Position numbers and translations under genes: made by a program. A stretch of DNA of 64,000 nt from a phage. Positions 38,247 to 51,286 of the stretch are shown here, one piece after another; positions within the stretch are counted from its first letter, which is position 1, and the number at the start of each line of letters is the position of its first letter. The stretch lies in NCBI GenBank assembly GCA_024674815.1, contig GCA_024674815.1_4104.1; one strand, given 5' to 3'. The notes beneath the pieces are model-generated. The model was not told the origin of the DNA, made no database searches, and worked only from the letters and a program-made list of their open reading frames with translations.

Positions 38247-38622
38247 TCAACTGCTCAACAGTTAAACCCTGTAAATCGTAAACTGTTGATAGTTGAAAGA
38301 ACATCTCTGAATCTATAGTATCATGTTCAATTGGAAGACTCAAGAGGTCTTTATTAATAAAATAATCATATGTTCGAATTGTCAAAGAATCACCAAAGAT
38401 ATCAATGTAAAATTTCGGAACATTATGTAACGAAACATCTATTAATATGTTTTCAGCATATCTACAAGAAATTTTAGAATTATTTTTATAAGATTGGTAT
38501 GAAAAATTATAAGGTTCATCGACCAATGTGTATGATGAGGTATCACCTTCGGAAAATATTACACCACATTCAATAAGATGTGTTAACGACTTAGGTGGAA
38601 TTTTTAACATTTCACTTCCCAT
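38194..38622 (-). CDS. EE-FQ-S motif family paralog
   Basis: C-terminal SEMFFQLSTVYDLQGLT. Confidence 0.6.
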   Translation of the reverse strand: MGSEMLKIPPKSLTHLIECGVIFSEGDTSSYTLVDEPYNFSYQSYKNNSKISCRYAENILIDVSLHNVPKFYIDIFGDSLTIRTYDYFINKDLLSLPIEHDTIDSEMFFQLSTVYDLQGLTVEQLNGIFEISRNIRSRNKNV

Positions 38623-39040
38623 CCTTACTCATATTACTACGGATCACCCCACTAAGAAAACATATTTTCCTTAATGTATCATAACTGATATTTGTAAGAT
38701 CATGTACAAAATTCAACTGCAAGTACATTTCTTCAGTTAATTGATTAAATGTATCATCAACATGAATGTTAGTATGTTCCGTTATATCTATTTCTATATT
38801 ATTTTCCCAAATATCAATGCTAACAGCATAGTCTGATGTATGTCTGGATTGAACTGAAATAAAAATATTATTACTGTTGTATAATGTCTCGGTGTATCCA
38901 TTCAAAAATGATCCAACGACAACATCAAAAAAGCCATCTCTAATTGGGTTTTTTGTTTCAAACGTATCACTACAAACTTGACAGTATACAATGTCAACAT
39001 ACTTATCAATTAAAGTAAACAAATAACTCATTGCATTCAC
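38612..39040 (-). CDS. EE-FQ-S motif family paralog (divergent)
   Basis: C-terminal TEEMYLQLNFVHDL. Confidence 0.55.
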   Translation of the reverse strand: MNAMSYLFTLIDKYVDIVYCQVCSDTFETKNPIRDGFFDVVVGSFLNGYTETLYNSNNIFISVQSRHTSDYAVSIDIWENNIEIDITEHTNIHVDDTFNQLTEEMYLQLNFVHDLTNISYDTLRKICFLSGVIRSNMSKDGK

Positions 39041-39055
39041 CTATATAAGAAAAAA

Positions 39056-39076
39056 GGCCGATTCATCGAATCAGCC
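39056..39076 (-). terminator. Rho-independent terminator
   Basis: ggccgattcatcgaatcagcc hairpin with U-run on minus strand. Confidence 0.55.
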
Positions 39077-39265
39077 TTAAGTATAACACAGTAGAAGTTA
39101 AAAAGTCAACTTCTAAATTACAGCATCCAAGAGGAATAAAAAGATACTGTTAGAGGGTAACGAATATAATGAATTTGAGGGTAATATCATTATACGTAAA
39201 AAAGTGATAGCTTCTATACATAAGGAGGAATCAGTACTGACTAGAAGCTATCGGGTTAAACGATT

Positions 39266-39550
39266 TCAGTACTGAGTGTTTAGTTTAGGATGAGTATTTC
39301 CATCTTCGATTTGTTTTAGAATCGAGTCACGAATTTCTACTGCCCCTTGATAACTATATTTATCTTTTGGGATCACCCATGTATATTCACCATCAGTGGT
39401 TTTAAAATCAATACATGGATTATCCCTGTATTCAGATGCAATGATTGAAATAACATGTAATGAATTCAATGAATGATTTGTATAAGGATAATTGTTATTA
39501 TCTCTGAACGTGAATGTTTTAAGTTCATCAGGTGCAACAATGAATTCCAT
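39266..39550 (-). CDS. hypothetical protein
   Basis: 94-aa ORF. Confidence 0.5.
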   Translation of the reverse strand: MEFIVAPDELKTFTFRDNNNYPYTNHSLNSLHVISIIASEYRDNPCIDFKTTDGEYTWVIPKDKYSYQGAVEIRDSILKQIEDGNTHPKLNTQY

Positions 39551-39741
39551 TATTCATCCTCGTACTTCTTGAATGGTGGAACATCTACCTTGAAGTCTTT
39601 GCACATCTTAGTTGTACGAACTTCAGTATTGTTGTGATAATTTTTCTTAAATTCATAAGAAACATAATTACGAATACCAGGTGTATGAATAATAGCAAGA
39701 ACCAATGTACGACCAAACAAGCATAATAAATTCCAGAACAT
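39550..39741 (-). CDS. small membrane protein
   Basis: N-terminal TM. Confidence 0.45.
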   Translation of the reverse strand: MFWNLLCLFGRTLVLAIIHTPGIRNYVSYEFKKNYHNNTEVRTTKMCKDFKVDVPPFKKYEDE

Positions 39742-39750
39742 ATGAATCTC

Positions 39751-40116
39751 CTAATTGTGGGTTTTAACTAAACGTGAGACAGCTAGTATAGCATTAACCT
39801 CATCCAATGTCAACCCACCAATGTCATTAATCATTGAGTACTGAAATAGTGATTCTTCAGTGTAATGGTAATCATGAGAAGCAATAAAGATTGCTGGTTT
39901 AGAGGCATCCAAAATTATCTTTGTCATTGTACTATATATATCAAATTGATATAATAGATTTTCACCTGTATATGCTACGTAGATATTATTTGAATAGGAT
40001 GGATGTACCATTGTAAAACCATCATAACATAATATTTTTATGTTCGGATCGTCAAAATTGCCTGTATAAAGGTTATTACAAACATCTTGCATTATACGTA
40101 CTATTAGACTAGTCAT
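39751..40116 (-). CDS. EE-FQ-S motif family paralog
   Basis: C-terminal TEESLFQYSMINDIGGLTLDE. Confidence 0.65.
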   Translation of the reverse strand: MTSLIVRIMQDVCNNLYTGNFDDPNIKILCYDGFTMVHPSYSNNIYVAYTGENLLYQFDIYSTMTKIILDASKPAIFIASHDYHYTEESLFQYSMINDIGGLTLDEVNAILAVSRLVKTHN

Positions 40117-40534
40117 TTAATGGATTTAGAACCTCTTCTGGAATCAACTTTTGAACTTTAAGTATAGCTTTAATGTCCTCAAATGTTAATCCTAATATGT
40201 CGTTAAGGAGGCAGTACTGGAAGAATTTTTCTTCAGTATCAATATCGTTAACATTCAATTCAATTGATTCATCATCATAATCATAATCTTCATTATCACA
40301 TTCATAACTTCTGAATATAACTTTTTCAAAATACACATCAAATGAATAAAAATGATTATTGAATTCATAACCAAGAAAAATATTAAAACATTTACTCAAA
40401 TCTGTGGTTTGATTCAAATCTGGATCATAGCAAAATACTCTAACTTCACCAATATCTTCTAATTGTACATCATGCAGTGACCATGCGTTGTTTTTTAATA
40501 CATAGTTCACCATTTTAACAATGTTGTATGTCAT
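40109..40534 (-). CDS. EE-FQ-S motif family paralog
   Basis: C-terminal EEKFFQYCLLNDILGLTFED. Confidence 0.65.
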   Translation of the reverse strand: MTYNIVKMVNYVLKNNAWSLHDVQLEDIGEVRVFCYDPDLNQTTDLSKCFNIFLGYEFNNHFYSFDVYFEKVIFRSYECDNEDYDYDDESIELNVNDIDTEEKFFQYCLLNDILGLTFEDIKAILKVQKLIPEEVLNPLND

Positions 40535-40540
40535 AGTGTA

Positions 40541-40630
<90 letters not shown>

Positions 40631-40642
40631 AGAAGTAAGATA

Positions 40643-40743
<101 letters not shown>

Positions 40744-40795
40744 GCCAAGAGTCGGCATAGGTGCAGCACTACAAAGTTCTTCAAGCTGCTTGGTA

Positions 40796-40827
<32 letters not shown>

Positions 40828-40828
40828 T

Positions 40829-40885
<57 letters not shown>

Positions 40886-40887
40886 TA

Positions 40888-41014
<127 letters not shown>

Positions 41015-41033
41015 GCATACTCGAAGTACCTCT

Positions 41034-41071
<38 letters not shown>

Positions 41072-41096
41072 AACTGAATACTTACATCCTACGTCC

Positions 41097-41438
<342 letters not shown>

Positions 41439-41447
41439 TAATACCCG

Positions 41448-41849
41448 CTAGTAGTTTAAGTCTGCGGCGTTGAATACACCAAGTGAAGTCTTACCACGTA
41501 GTTTAGGTGAAAGGACATACTTTGTCAATTTCTTTTTACCGTACCAGTGATTGAATTCGTCTTCAGTAACATGTGGGTTCTGGAAATCGTATTCACGTTT
41601 CTTATGAAGTTTTTTAGCTTGTTCTGCAATCTTAGTTCGTTGATCTTCTGGAATGTCGAATGTATTGTTACGTTTGCACCATTCGTGCACTAATGCTTCC
41701 AGAAGGAACTGTTCAGTTTCTTTGACTAGAGTGATTTTAGTCAAGCCTTTTTCGATGTTCATATAATCATCGACATATCCATTCCAAATAACAATCTCTG
41801 GATTGCCGTCAATCTCTTGAAGCATTTTGATCAAGTCATTCTTTTTCAT
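41448..41849 (-). CDS. hypothetical protein
   Basis: 133-aa ORF. Confidence 0.6.
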   Translation of the reverse strand: MKKNDLIKMLQEIDGNPEIVIWNGYVDDYMNIEKGLTKITLVKETEQFLLEALVHEWCKRNNTFDIPEDQRTKIAEQAKKLHKKREYDFQNPHVTEDEFNHWYGKKKLTKYVLSPKLRGKTSLGVFNAADLNY

Positions 41850-41857
41850 TTAAATTC

Positions 41858-42115
<258 letters not shown>

Positions 42116-42124
42116 ATTTGTTTC

Positions 42125-42310
42125 CTATGAAATGAATGTAGCGTTAATTCCCATTATAAATGAAAATATACCAAACAATATCAACCCGATTGGTACAAAG
42201 ATCATAGATCTATTTCCATGTTTCGATAAAAATCGTTCAACTGTAATTAAACGTATTGATATCGGAACCATTATAATAATATACAATATTGAAAGAATTA
42301 AAAGTTGCAT
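42125..42310 (-). CDS. small membrane protein
   Basis: 61 aa, two hydrophobic segments. Confidence 0.45.
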   Translation of the reverse strand: MQLLILSILYIIIMVPISIRLITVERFLSKHGNRSMIFVPIGLILFGIFSFIMGINATFIS

Positions 42311-42323
42311 TTTAATTTCCTAT

Positions 42324-42749
<426 letters not shown>

Positions 42750-42765
42750 ATATCAATACTTAATA

Positions 42766-43143
<378 letters not shown>

Positions 43144-43149
43144 ATCACC

Positions 43150-43500
43150 AACTTTAATTAAAAAAATGGATGGTGACGCTTTTAAACGCCGCTGTTAATT
43201 CAGCTTTATAACCACCCGTTTTAACTTGCCTTTCGGCTACCTTGACGTGGGGCGTACAGGCTACTAAAAGCAACTACTGTAAACATATTTCCACGCCTTA
43301 CCCTTTTAAATAAAAGTCCATCCGGTTTTACAGTTTGGTGAAGGATAGTCACCTCTAGTTTAAACCTGCTAGTCAAGTAATAATTGCCTATCGTCCAATT
43401 ATCAAACCCGTCTAGGTTAACATTCACCACTTCCTAGAGTACCAGAGATCTTGTTCTGGATTGCATCGACGTAACTTACACCATATACGTCTGATTGTGG
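43150..43500 (-). ncRNA. candidate small stable RNA region in tRNA cluster
   Basis: ORF-poor; directly downstream of near-consensus promoter at 43506-43534; exact ends unknown. Confidence 0.25.
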
Positions 43501-43505
43501 AATTC

Positions 43506-43543
<38 letters not shown>

Positions 43544-43600
43544 ACAAATCTGGACGTTCATCTTTAAACATATTAATATCCTCAGTACTGAATTATTTAG

Positions 43601-44184
<584 letters not shown>

Positions 44185-44188
<4 letters not shown>

Positions 44189-44345
44189 ATTCGTACCAGT
44201 AGTTCAATTAAGTACATTTCATATGCTGGATCGTTGATAAGTTTATCATACATATGTGGCTCTGAAATGAATTCCCAATGATACTTTAGCCATTTACCGA
44301 TACCCGAATATCTAAAATTAATGTCATTCATCCATTCTTCATGTG

Positions 44346-44349
<4 letters not shown>
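44185..44349 (-). CDS. MTHEEW mini-protein paralog (~54 aa; approximate coordinates)
   Basis: Starts MTHEEWMNDINFRYSGIG; near-duplicate of next copy. Confidence 0.45.
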
Positions 44350-44510
<161 letters not shown>

Positions 44511-44515
44511 GGTTT

Positions 44516-44617
<102 letters not shown>

Positions 44618-44621
44618 ATTT

Positions 44622-44737
<116 letters not shown>

Positions 44738-44754
44738 ATGTGATGTCCCATTAT

Positions 44755-45027
44755 TTATGATTCAGTTTGAGGATTAAATTTGATAAATTCATCTTTATGT
44801 TCATCTTCAAACGCAATATCTTCTACGTATTCAGGCCAAATCGTAGTGTCTCCTTGATAAAAGCGATAATTATCAAATACTGCACTACGCGTTCTTCCCT
44901 GTTCCCAGCCAATCGTACAGTCATGATATACATCCCCACTACTTGTACGAATACTAATGGTGTCTTGAGTTTCATAAAGAACTTCAATGCGTGTGTTACG
45001 ATTTACGTTGAATTTTTCAAAATGCAT
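44755..45027 (-). CDS. hypothetical protein
   Basis: 90-aa ORF. Confidence 0.55.
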   Translation of the reverse strand: MHFEKFNVNRNTRIEVLYETQDTISIRTSSGDVYHDCTIGWEQGRTRSAVFDNYRFYQGDTTIWPEYVEDIAFEDEHKDEFIKFNPQTES

Positions 45028-45080
45028 AATATTATCCTCATCTAGAACCAGTGATAATCATTATATAATGAATTAATGAT

Positions 45081-45299
45081 TTATGCAAGTGTTTTAGATA
45101 CACCGACACCAATAATTCCAGTGATATCGATATGGATATTGGCAAGTTGATTACTATCATATGGGTTTGTTTCTGTAATAACCAATGTTGTATCATTGAC
45201 TAAAACCACAGTACCTTTTACACGATAACCATGTAGTAGTACTTGAACCTCATCTTCAGGTTTTAATGATTGAATAACTTCTAATAAAGTTGTTTCCAT
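45081..45299 (-). CDS. hypothetical protein (start trimmed)
   Basis: ORF; internal Met chosen to avoid overlap. Confidence 0.4.
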   Translation of the reverse strand: METTLLEVIQSLKPEDEVQVLLHGYRVKGTVVLVNDTTLVITETNPYDSNQLANIHIDITGIIGVGVSKTLA

Positions 45300-45315
45300 T
45301 TTTTGTATTCCTTGT

Positions 45316-45498
45316 TTAGTTTTGATTATTTGACTTTCTAAATGCCAGTTCGCATATAAACCAGGGTTTTCTGGTATCCAAAACATATGACCTGAAAAGA
45401 TTTTCATCTCTTAATATATCATAATGTACCTGACGAATGCCATTCCCAAAGCAGTCATGTTCTTTATGCTGTTTGGACATCCATTCTTCGTGTGTCAT
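45316..45498 (-). CDS. MTHEEW mini-protein paralog
   Basis: MTHEEWMSKQHKEHDCFGNGIRQVHYDIL. Confidence 0.55.
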   Translation of the reverse strand: MTHEEWMSKQHKEHDCFGNGIRQVHYDILRDENLFRSYVLDTRKPWFICELAFRKSNNQN

Positions 45499-45499
45499 T

Positions 45500-45835
<336 letters not shown>

Positions 45836-45840
45836 TCTTA

Positions 45841-46017
45841 CTATTTTTTATCTCTAATAGCAAGCTCGTAGATGAACCAGTGGTTGGAATCTTCGTTCAA
45901 AACCAATGATTCGAACGTTTTTTTATCGTTCAAAACATCATAATGGCCTTGGCGTATACCAAATCCAAAATGATCATGTTTATATTTTAGTGACTCTATC
46001 CATTCTTCATGTGTCAT
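45841..46017 (-). CDS. MTHEEW mini-protein paralog
   Basis: MTHEEWIESLKYKHDHFGFGIRQGHYDVL; ~90-bp DNA repeat with 45478-45565. Confidence 0.55.
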   Translation of the reverse strand: MTHEEWIESLKYKHDHFGFGIRQGHYDVLNDKKTFESLVLNEDSNHWFIYELAIRDKK

Positions 46018-46095
46018 TTTATGTATCCAGTTCAATTAAGTGTTTCATTTATTCTTCTGTAAAGAAAGCATTGCAATGGACAATGGAAAAGGTTA

Positions 46096-46275
46096 TTATA
46101 TTTTTTTGTCTCTAACCGCAAGCTCATAGATGAACCAACGATTTCCATTCTCATCTAGTACATATGATTCGAACTTATATTTGTCTCGTAAAATATCGAA
46201 ATGACCATCAATAAATCCATTTCCAAACTGGTCATAACGTTTTTTCATCATTGCCATCCATTCTTCATGTGTCAT
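46096..46275 (-). CDS. MTHEEW mini-protein paralog (59 aa; approximate coordinates)
   Basis: MTHEEWMAMMKKRYDQFGNGFIDGHFDIL; ATGA overlap with upstream gene. Confidence 0.45.
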   Translation of the reverse strand: MTHEEWMAMMKKRYDQFGNGFIDGHFDILRDKYKFESYVLDENGNRWFIYELAVRDKKI

Positions 46276-46457
46276 CTCTTAATATCCATAACGGCTATAC
46301 TAAAATATGTACCAAAATCATCACAATTGATAATGTTGTTATAGTACTCAATTGGATTACGCAATGATATATACAATTCAAGCTTAAAATAGTATATATC
46401 TGCTGCATTTATATTATAGTGTAGATTAAACCACTCATCAAATGTCTTAGGCTGCAT
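46272..46457 (-). CDS. hypothetical protein
   Basis: 61-aa ORF. Confidence 0.45.
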   Translation of the reverse strand: MQPKTFDEWFNLHYNINAADIYYFKLELYISLRNPIEYYNNIINCDDFGTYFSIAVMDIKR

Positions 46458-46851
46458 TATATTTATCTTTATAAAAATCCATGATTTTAGTCAACAGTAC
46501 TGCAATCGTATAATCTAAATCAGGATAAAGTAAATTGTACTGAAATTCTTCCTCAACACTATAGTTAGTGGTACAGTACTGGTAATCTTTATAACCAATG
46601 GAAAAATGGTTAGGATACAATGTACAACGAAAACGATATGCTTCATCTGTCATATAATCATTGTATTCAACACAGAAGTATAGTGATTTGGCATTTAATT
46701 CAATAAGCTCAACGAAACCATCAGGCAATGAATGGTTATAAATTACTGAATCTTCATTAAACCATTCATAGTATTTTTCCAAAAAATCACTAATGGATAC
46801 ATCCAGACTTTGTATAGGTGGAGTTATGATAATTTGAACTTCTTTATTCAT
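46447..46851 (-). CDS. EE-FQ-S motif family paralog (divergent)
   Basis: C-terminal VEEEFQYNLLYPDLD. Confidence 0.6.
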   Translation of the reverse strand: MNKEVQIIITPPIQSLDVSISDFLEKYYEWFNEDSVIYNHSLPDGFVELIELNAKSLYFCVEYNDYMTDEAYRFRCTLYPNHFSIGYKDYQYCTTNYSVEEEFQYNLLYPDLDYTIAVLLTKIMDFYKDKYNAA

Positions 46852-47396
46852 TTCGATCCCTTACTATATTTTACGTATGGGCTATCATACAGATCATAAC
46901 TTTTTTGTGCACGTTCTTTTCGGCGTTCATACATGATTCTATCATACTCTTTAGCTTTCTGATTTGCTTCATTATACAATTTTAAAATTAGCAAAAATGC
47001 ATCAAGATCGGGATAGTTTGCTGGATTGATAGTACTCAGCATAAATCGTTCTTCTTCAGTTCTAGCTAAGTCAAATTCATACTTAATAGTTTTATACCCA
47101 CTCCATTTATATATATGCGTTACTTTATTAGTAAGTACATTATATTCAACGAAGTCAGTACTACCATCAAGTACGCGAGTGATCTTAATAGATGTACCAA
47201 TGACAATCTGTACAGAACTCATTTCTGAAGTTTTAAAGTAATAAATGTTATTACGGCGAAGATTAACTTCTCGATCTCCAATGCGAACATGCTTAATAAC
47301 TTCCATTAATGGTTCTGGTACACCACGAATTGGCATGTTAATGCTCCTTTTTAATTCTATACATTTTAACAGCACTGGTTTCCCAAAAGTCACCAT
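46848..47396 (-). CDS. EE-FQ-S motif family paralog
   Basis: C-terminal TEEERFMLSTINP. Confidence 0.6.
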   Translation of the reverse strand: MVTFGKPVLLKCIELKRSINMPIRGVPEPLMEVIKHVRIGDREVNLRRNNIYYFKTSEMSSVQIVIGTSIKITRVLDGSTDFVEYNVLTNKVTHIYKWSGYKTIKYEFDLARTEEERFMLSTINPANYPDLDAFLLILKLYNEANQKAKEYDRIMYERRKERAQKSYDLYDSPYVKYSKGSK

Positions 47397-47556
47397 CTAA
47401 GTTGCTGAATTTATATATAGTTTCGAGATTTTCACCATCAAACGAAAACAACACAACATCTTCTTGTACAGTGCCGTTATGTAACATGATATCATAAACT
47501 TCATTTCTTACAAATAATTCTTTGGCCTTAGAAATATCAAAATCAATAAATTTCAT
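47338..47556 (-). CDS. hypothetical protein (start trimmed)
   Basis: ORF; internal Met MKFIDFD. Confidence 0.4.
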   Translation of the reverse strand: MKFIDFDISKAKELFVRNEVYDIMLHNGTVQEDVVLFSFDGENLETIYKFSNLDGDFWETSAVKMYRIKKEH

Positions 47557-47604
47557 ATATCCTCCTATTATCATTATTTGTATTATATCAGAGTTTCATT
47601 GCAT

Positions 47605-47997
47605 CTACCAGCATGTTTTCATAACTTCTGTGATGTGATTCATTTTATCTTTAAGTACGTAAGGGATGCAAATTTCACCTGGGCTTAACGTTGTGTTCTT
47701 TTGAAACTCATCTTCTTCGGAATCAGCCAGGTAAAATGGGTGTGTCACAAAGGTATCATCAACTGGACGATTATGTGGTTTCATTAATGCATCATGATTG
47801 ACAAAATAATAAGCATCAATATCAGGACGGAAATACAAACAATCAACCTTAATGCACGGGTGTAACCATAAGGACAAAGAATATGTTATTTGGTTACCAA
47901 TTTGTCTTGGGCCTGATGCAATTGTATTGATGTTATTTTTATCTTGTACCATTTCATAAATGAAATCTATCATTTCGTGTAGTTCTGATTCAGTCAT
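47605..47997 (-). CDS. EE-FQ-S motif family paralog (divergent)
   Basis: C-terminal SEEDEFQKNTTLSPGE. Confidence 0.6.
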   Translation of the reverse strand: MTESELHEMIDFIYEMVQDKNNINTIASGPRQIGNQITYSLSLWLHPCIKVDCLYFRPDIDAYYFVNHDALMKPHNRPVDDTFVTHPFYLADSEEDEFQKNTTLSPGEICIPYVLKDKMNHITEVMKTCW

Positions 47998-48223
47998 TTT
48001 ATTTCCTTAAAAAAATACCCAGTCAAGTACTGGGTATTTACAAAGTAACGTTTAATCAGATTTCTTTTCGTAATCTGTAAAAACAGTCAGGATTGTTGCA
48101 CATAGTGAATCAACTACTGATGCACGTGTGTTATCAAGGTCTTTAGCTAGTGCTTGAATCTCTTGAAGTTTTACTACTAAGTCGATTTTTTGATTACTCA
48201 TTACTTCTCCTATTGGATGTTTT

Positions 48224-48514
48224 TTAGATATTAATTTTTATACCACTAAGGTCTAGAACTTTTTTATTAGATACTGTTTCTGATTCTAATTTAGTTTCTT
48301 TTACCTCAGTGTTAATATTTACGTCATCTTTGAGAATATCAGGGATAATACCATGTTGAATATCATCGTACATAGAAACAACGGTTTCGGCACAAGATAA
48401 CATTTCACGAACTTTGTACTGATAACCCTGTGGTAACTCATTGATGATTTCCATAATATCTAGTAATTTAGTTTGGACATCAATAAGAATTTTTCTTGAT
48501 TTTTCTGGTTCCAT
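48224..48514 (-). CDS. hypothetical protein
   Basis: 96-aa ORF. Confidence 0.55.
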   Translation of the reverse strand: MEPEKSRKILIDVQTKLLDIMEIINELPQGYQYKVREMLSCAETVVSMYDDIQHGIIPDILKDDVNINTEVKETKLESETVSNKKVLDLSGIKINI

Positions 48515-49020
48515 TACTCCAACTCCACAACATTACTTTTTTTGGATTTAATCACTGATGGTGGCTCATTAACGCTTGTTTGACCACGAAGTGATTTTTC
48601 CAACGCAATGATGCGTTTTAAAGTTTTTATTGATGGTCGCTTCTTCGTCAACTCAGCTTTTGCTTCTGAATAATATTTTCTTACATATCCATATGCATAA
48701 TATTTTGAACCAATGAAAATTTCAGCAACTACTGGATTTGAGTATTGTGTATCAATTCCATCTAGATCCGTGTCTACCGAGTAGAATGAAATATTTGTAT
48801 CACATGCTGAAATTTTAGCCACCAAAAGATTTGCATCGAACTTATCTAAAATTAGAGAAATTGTTTTTTCGGCATCAGCACTATATGGCATAGCAGACAT
48901 TAAAAGTTGGAATGTCTTAAAGTACTTACTTCCACTAATCATGGTATTGAAAATCAATCCAATGGTGATTAATGCAAGTGTACCAATACACACAAACAAA
49001 AACCAATATTCAACACTCAT
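48514..49020 (-). CDS. membrane-anchored protein
   Basis: N-terminal TM WFLFVCIGTLALITIGLIF. Confidence 0.6.
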   Translation of the reverse strand: MSVEYWFLFVCIGTLALITIGLIFNTMISGSKYFKTFQLLMSAMPYSADAEKTISLILDKFDANLLVAKISACDTNISFYSVDTDLDGIDTQYSNPVVAEIFIGSKYYAYGYVRKYYSEAKAELTKKRPSIKTLKRIIALEKSLRGQTSVNEPPSVIKSKKSNVVELE

Positions 49021-49085
49021 TTATAAATCCTCTTACTTTATATGATTAAAATGCCCCATCAAAAATGATGAGGCGGTAAGATAAA

Positions 49086-49295
49086 TTACTTACGATTTGC
49101 TTTACGCAGTTCAGATAGTTCTTCTTGAAGACTTTTCTTCCATGCAATCAAGTGAGCAAAACGGATTGGCCTTGCACCAGTACCGTGGAATACTGCTAGA
49201 GCTTCTTCTGCTTGATGAATCTGGAATTGAATGTAGTTCACAGTGCGGTCGAAGTCGGTGATATCTAGTACTTGTGCGTTAGTTTCTTTAGCCAT
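49086..49295 (-). CDS. hypothetical protein
   Basis: 69-aa ORF. Confidence 0.5.
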   Translation of the reverse strand: MAKETNAQVLDITDFDRTVNYIQFQIHQAEEALAVFHGTGARPIRFAHLIAWKKSLQEELSELRKANRK

Positions 49296-49410
49296 TTTAA
49301 TACCCTTTTATTTCTTTTTTATGAAAAACCCTCATCATTGAGGAATGGTTTGCATTTTAATATCTGCCGATAACAAACATTATATCACAATATCTGTTCT
49401 TGTCCAATTT

Positions 49411-49707
49411 TTAATTATTAGAAAGAACAATTTTTGAAACTGGTAAATCTGTATCATTTACACGTTGTTCATTATATCCATTCTGTACAAGAATGTCAAT
49501 AACTTTAGACTTATCAATTGTAAATGATTCTAACATATCATATCGGTAATAACCAATAGTCTGACTGAACTCATATTTTCCTGGCTGTTGACGACAACAC
49601 GTATTTGTTTCAGCCATAATCTTATTGATTAGGTAATATGTTTCAGTACTATCAATATTTGGAATATAGATCTTATCATCAAAATGAATTACTTCATGTT
49701 TATTCAT
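49411..49707 (-). CDS. hypothetical protein (start trimmed)
   Basis: ORF; internal Met MNKHEV. Confidence 0.45.
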   Translation of the reverse strand: MNKHEVIHFDDKIYIPNIDSTETYYLINKIMAETNTCCRQQPGKYEFSQTIGYYRYDMLESFTIDKSKVIDILVQNGYNEQRVNDTDLPVSKIVLSNN

Positions 49708-49969
49708 AGAGTGATTCAATCTCCGCTTTAAGAATGGAAATGATCTCTTTCTGAAGGCCAGTAATTTCACTGTTCAAAGATGATAGTCGCTTCGATAATG
49801 CCATGAATTGCTTTGCATCTTCTTTAGAACGGTCATTTCGTACTTTATCAGAACTCCAGTTAGCATATGATTGCTCATCTTTCCTGTTAAGGATATCCCA
49901 GTCTAAACGTACTAGTTTACGTTCTTTCTTCAGTTCGCTTAAGCGAGATTTCATTTCGTCTTTAGTCAT
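49700..49969 (-). CDS. hypothetical coiled-coil protein
   Basis: 89-aa charged, helical-looking ORF. Confidence 0.5.
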   Translation of the reverse strand: MTKDEMKSRLSELKKERKLVRLDWDILNRKDEQSYANWSSDKVRNDRSKEDAKQFMALSKRLSSLNSEITGLQKEIISILKAEIESLYE

Positions 49970-50259
49970 TAGATTGTTCCTTTCATGAAGTCTGGAATAA
50001 CGATTACGATAGGAGGATTATACTCTACATAACCATTTTTTGTCAATAGACTTTTAATATCTGAAATCACATTATCATGCTGTTCAATATCTTTATCACA
50101 AAAGATTTCCAATTCTTTCTGAAACGGTTTTTTAACCGAGATGTTTTGAGTCAGTGTTTGGATTCTCTGTAACATATCAATTGGATCTGGACTGAACTCA
50201 TTACCAACATAAAGAGTACCAGATGCATCTTTTTCTAGCAAGACTTCTAAAATTTTCAT
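49969..50259 (-). CDS. hypothetical protein
   Basis: 96-aa ORF. Confidence 0.55.
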   Translation of the reverse strand: MKILEVLLEKDASGTLYVGNEFSPDPIDMLQRIQTLTQNISVKKPFQKELEIFCDKDIEQHDNVISDIKSLLTKNGYVEYNPPIVIVIPDFMKGTI

Positions 50260-51092
50260 TTCGTATCCTTCAATTTACTAAAGTTTTCTCGTGTAAATCC
50301 AGGAACTGGAAAATATACATCACAGTCAACATCAGGATTCATAATTACCATGTCATTACATATTATATCACGAATTTTACTGCCGTCCACGATTTTTTGC
50401 ATTAAATCATTCCATTTTTTACGAGAAATAACGAATGTACTAATTATACATAAATCATGTCCACGTTTTGAAATATATCCTAGTACTTCATTATCGTAAA
50501 CAACACGTATGGTAACTTTTCCAATTGTAACCCCTCTTACTGGATTAATACTAGTATCTTCAAAAATTAATTCTAATTTAAGTTTACCATTCGAAATAAG
50601 TGATGAAGTATATTTAGAAACCATTTTATCAATTTCTTGAGTCAAATCATCTCTACCTAGATATTCAAATACAGAATAAGTTAATTCGTCTGCACCTAAC
50701 TGTTGGATAGTTGGAAGCTGTGCAACCATATCTAAAGATACAGGTTCGATATATATTCTTTCAATATCAGAAGATTGTACAAATAGACAACCATCAGGTG
50801 TCGTATCTCTAACAATTTCGGCATAATATGTATAAAGATAAAAAACATTAGACTCGGATGAGTCAGTTTCTACCCAAATCTCAGATTGTTTCATTTCATC
50901 TTTATGAAGAATTCGTTGAGTAAATCCTATGTAAAAACCAAGATATAAATCATCATCAGTTTCAAACGGATTAAACATCAAATACGGATATTTGTCAAGG
51001 TACTCATTGAACTTACGCTGTACATCTCTATCACAATCCATGATATACTTTCGGAATTCAGAAATGATTATTTTTTCTAATGACATAATCAA
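50256..51092 (-). CDS. hypothetical protein
   Basis: 278-aa ORF. Confidence 0.7.
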   Translation of the reverse strand: MIMSLEKIIISEFRKYIMDCDRDVQRKFNEYLDKYPYLMFNPFETDDDLYLGFYIGFTQRILHKDEMKQSEIWVETDSSESNVFYLYTYYAEIVRDTTPDGCLFVQSSDIERIYIEPVSLDMVAQLPTIQQLGADELTYSVFEYLGRDDLTQEIDKMVSKYTSSLISNGKLKLELIFEDTSINPVRGVTIGKVTIRVVYDNEVLGYISKRGHDLCIISTFVISRKKWNDLMQKIVDGSKIRDIICNDMVIMNPDVDCDVYFPVPGFTRENFSKLKDTK

Positions 51093-51286
51093 TCCTCAAG
51101 ATGCATGTAGTACATAAACATCGCCAACCATATAAAAAACCCGAAACAACGAAGTAAAATATCAATTGTTGGATCTGTCCCACCATTAACTTGGTAAACG
51201 ATTACTGGGATTAAAGCAATAGTAATAGACACAGCACATAAGATGAATGCAACAAACACCTCAAACATAAACTTAATCGTTTCCAT
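51089..51286 (-). CDS. small membrane protein
   Basis: 65 aa, two TM segments. Confidence 0.5.
   Translation of the reverse strand: METIKFMFEVFVAFILCAVSITIALIPVIVYQVNGGTDPTIDILLRCFGFFIWLAMFMYYMHLED

Noticed and set aside
43221-43430. 69-aa minus ORF (and 43461..43649 plus ORF) in the tRNA region
   Set aside because: Low-complexity translation without SD, in a region bracketed by tRNAs and promoters; more consistent with noncoding RNA or regulatory DNA.
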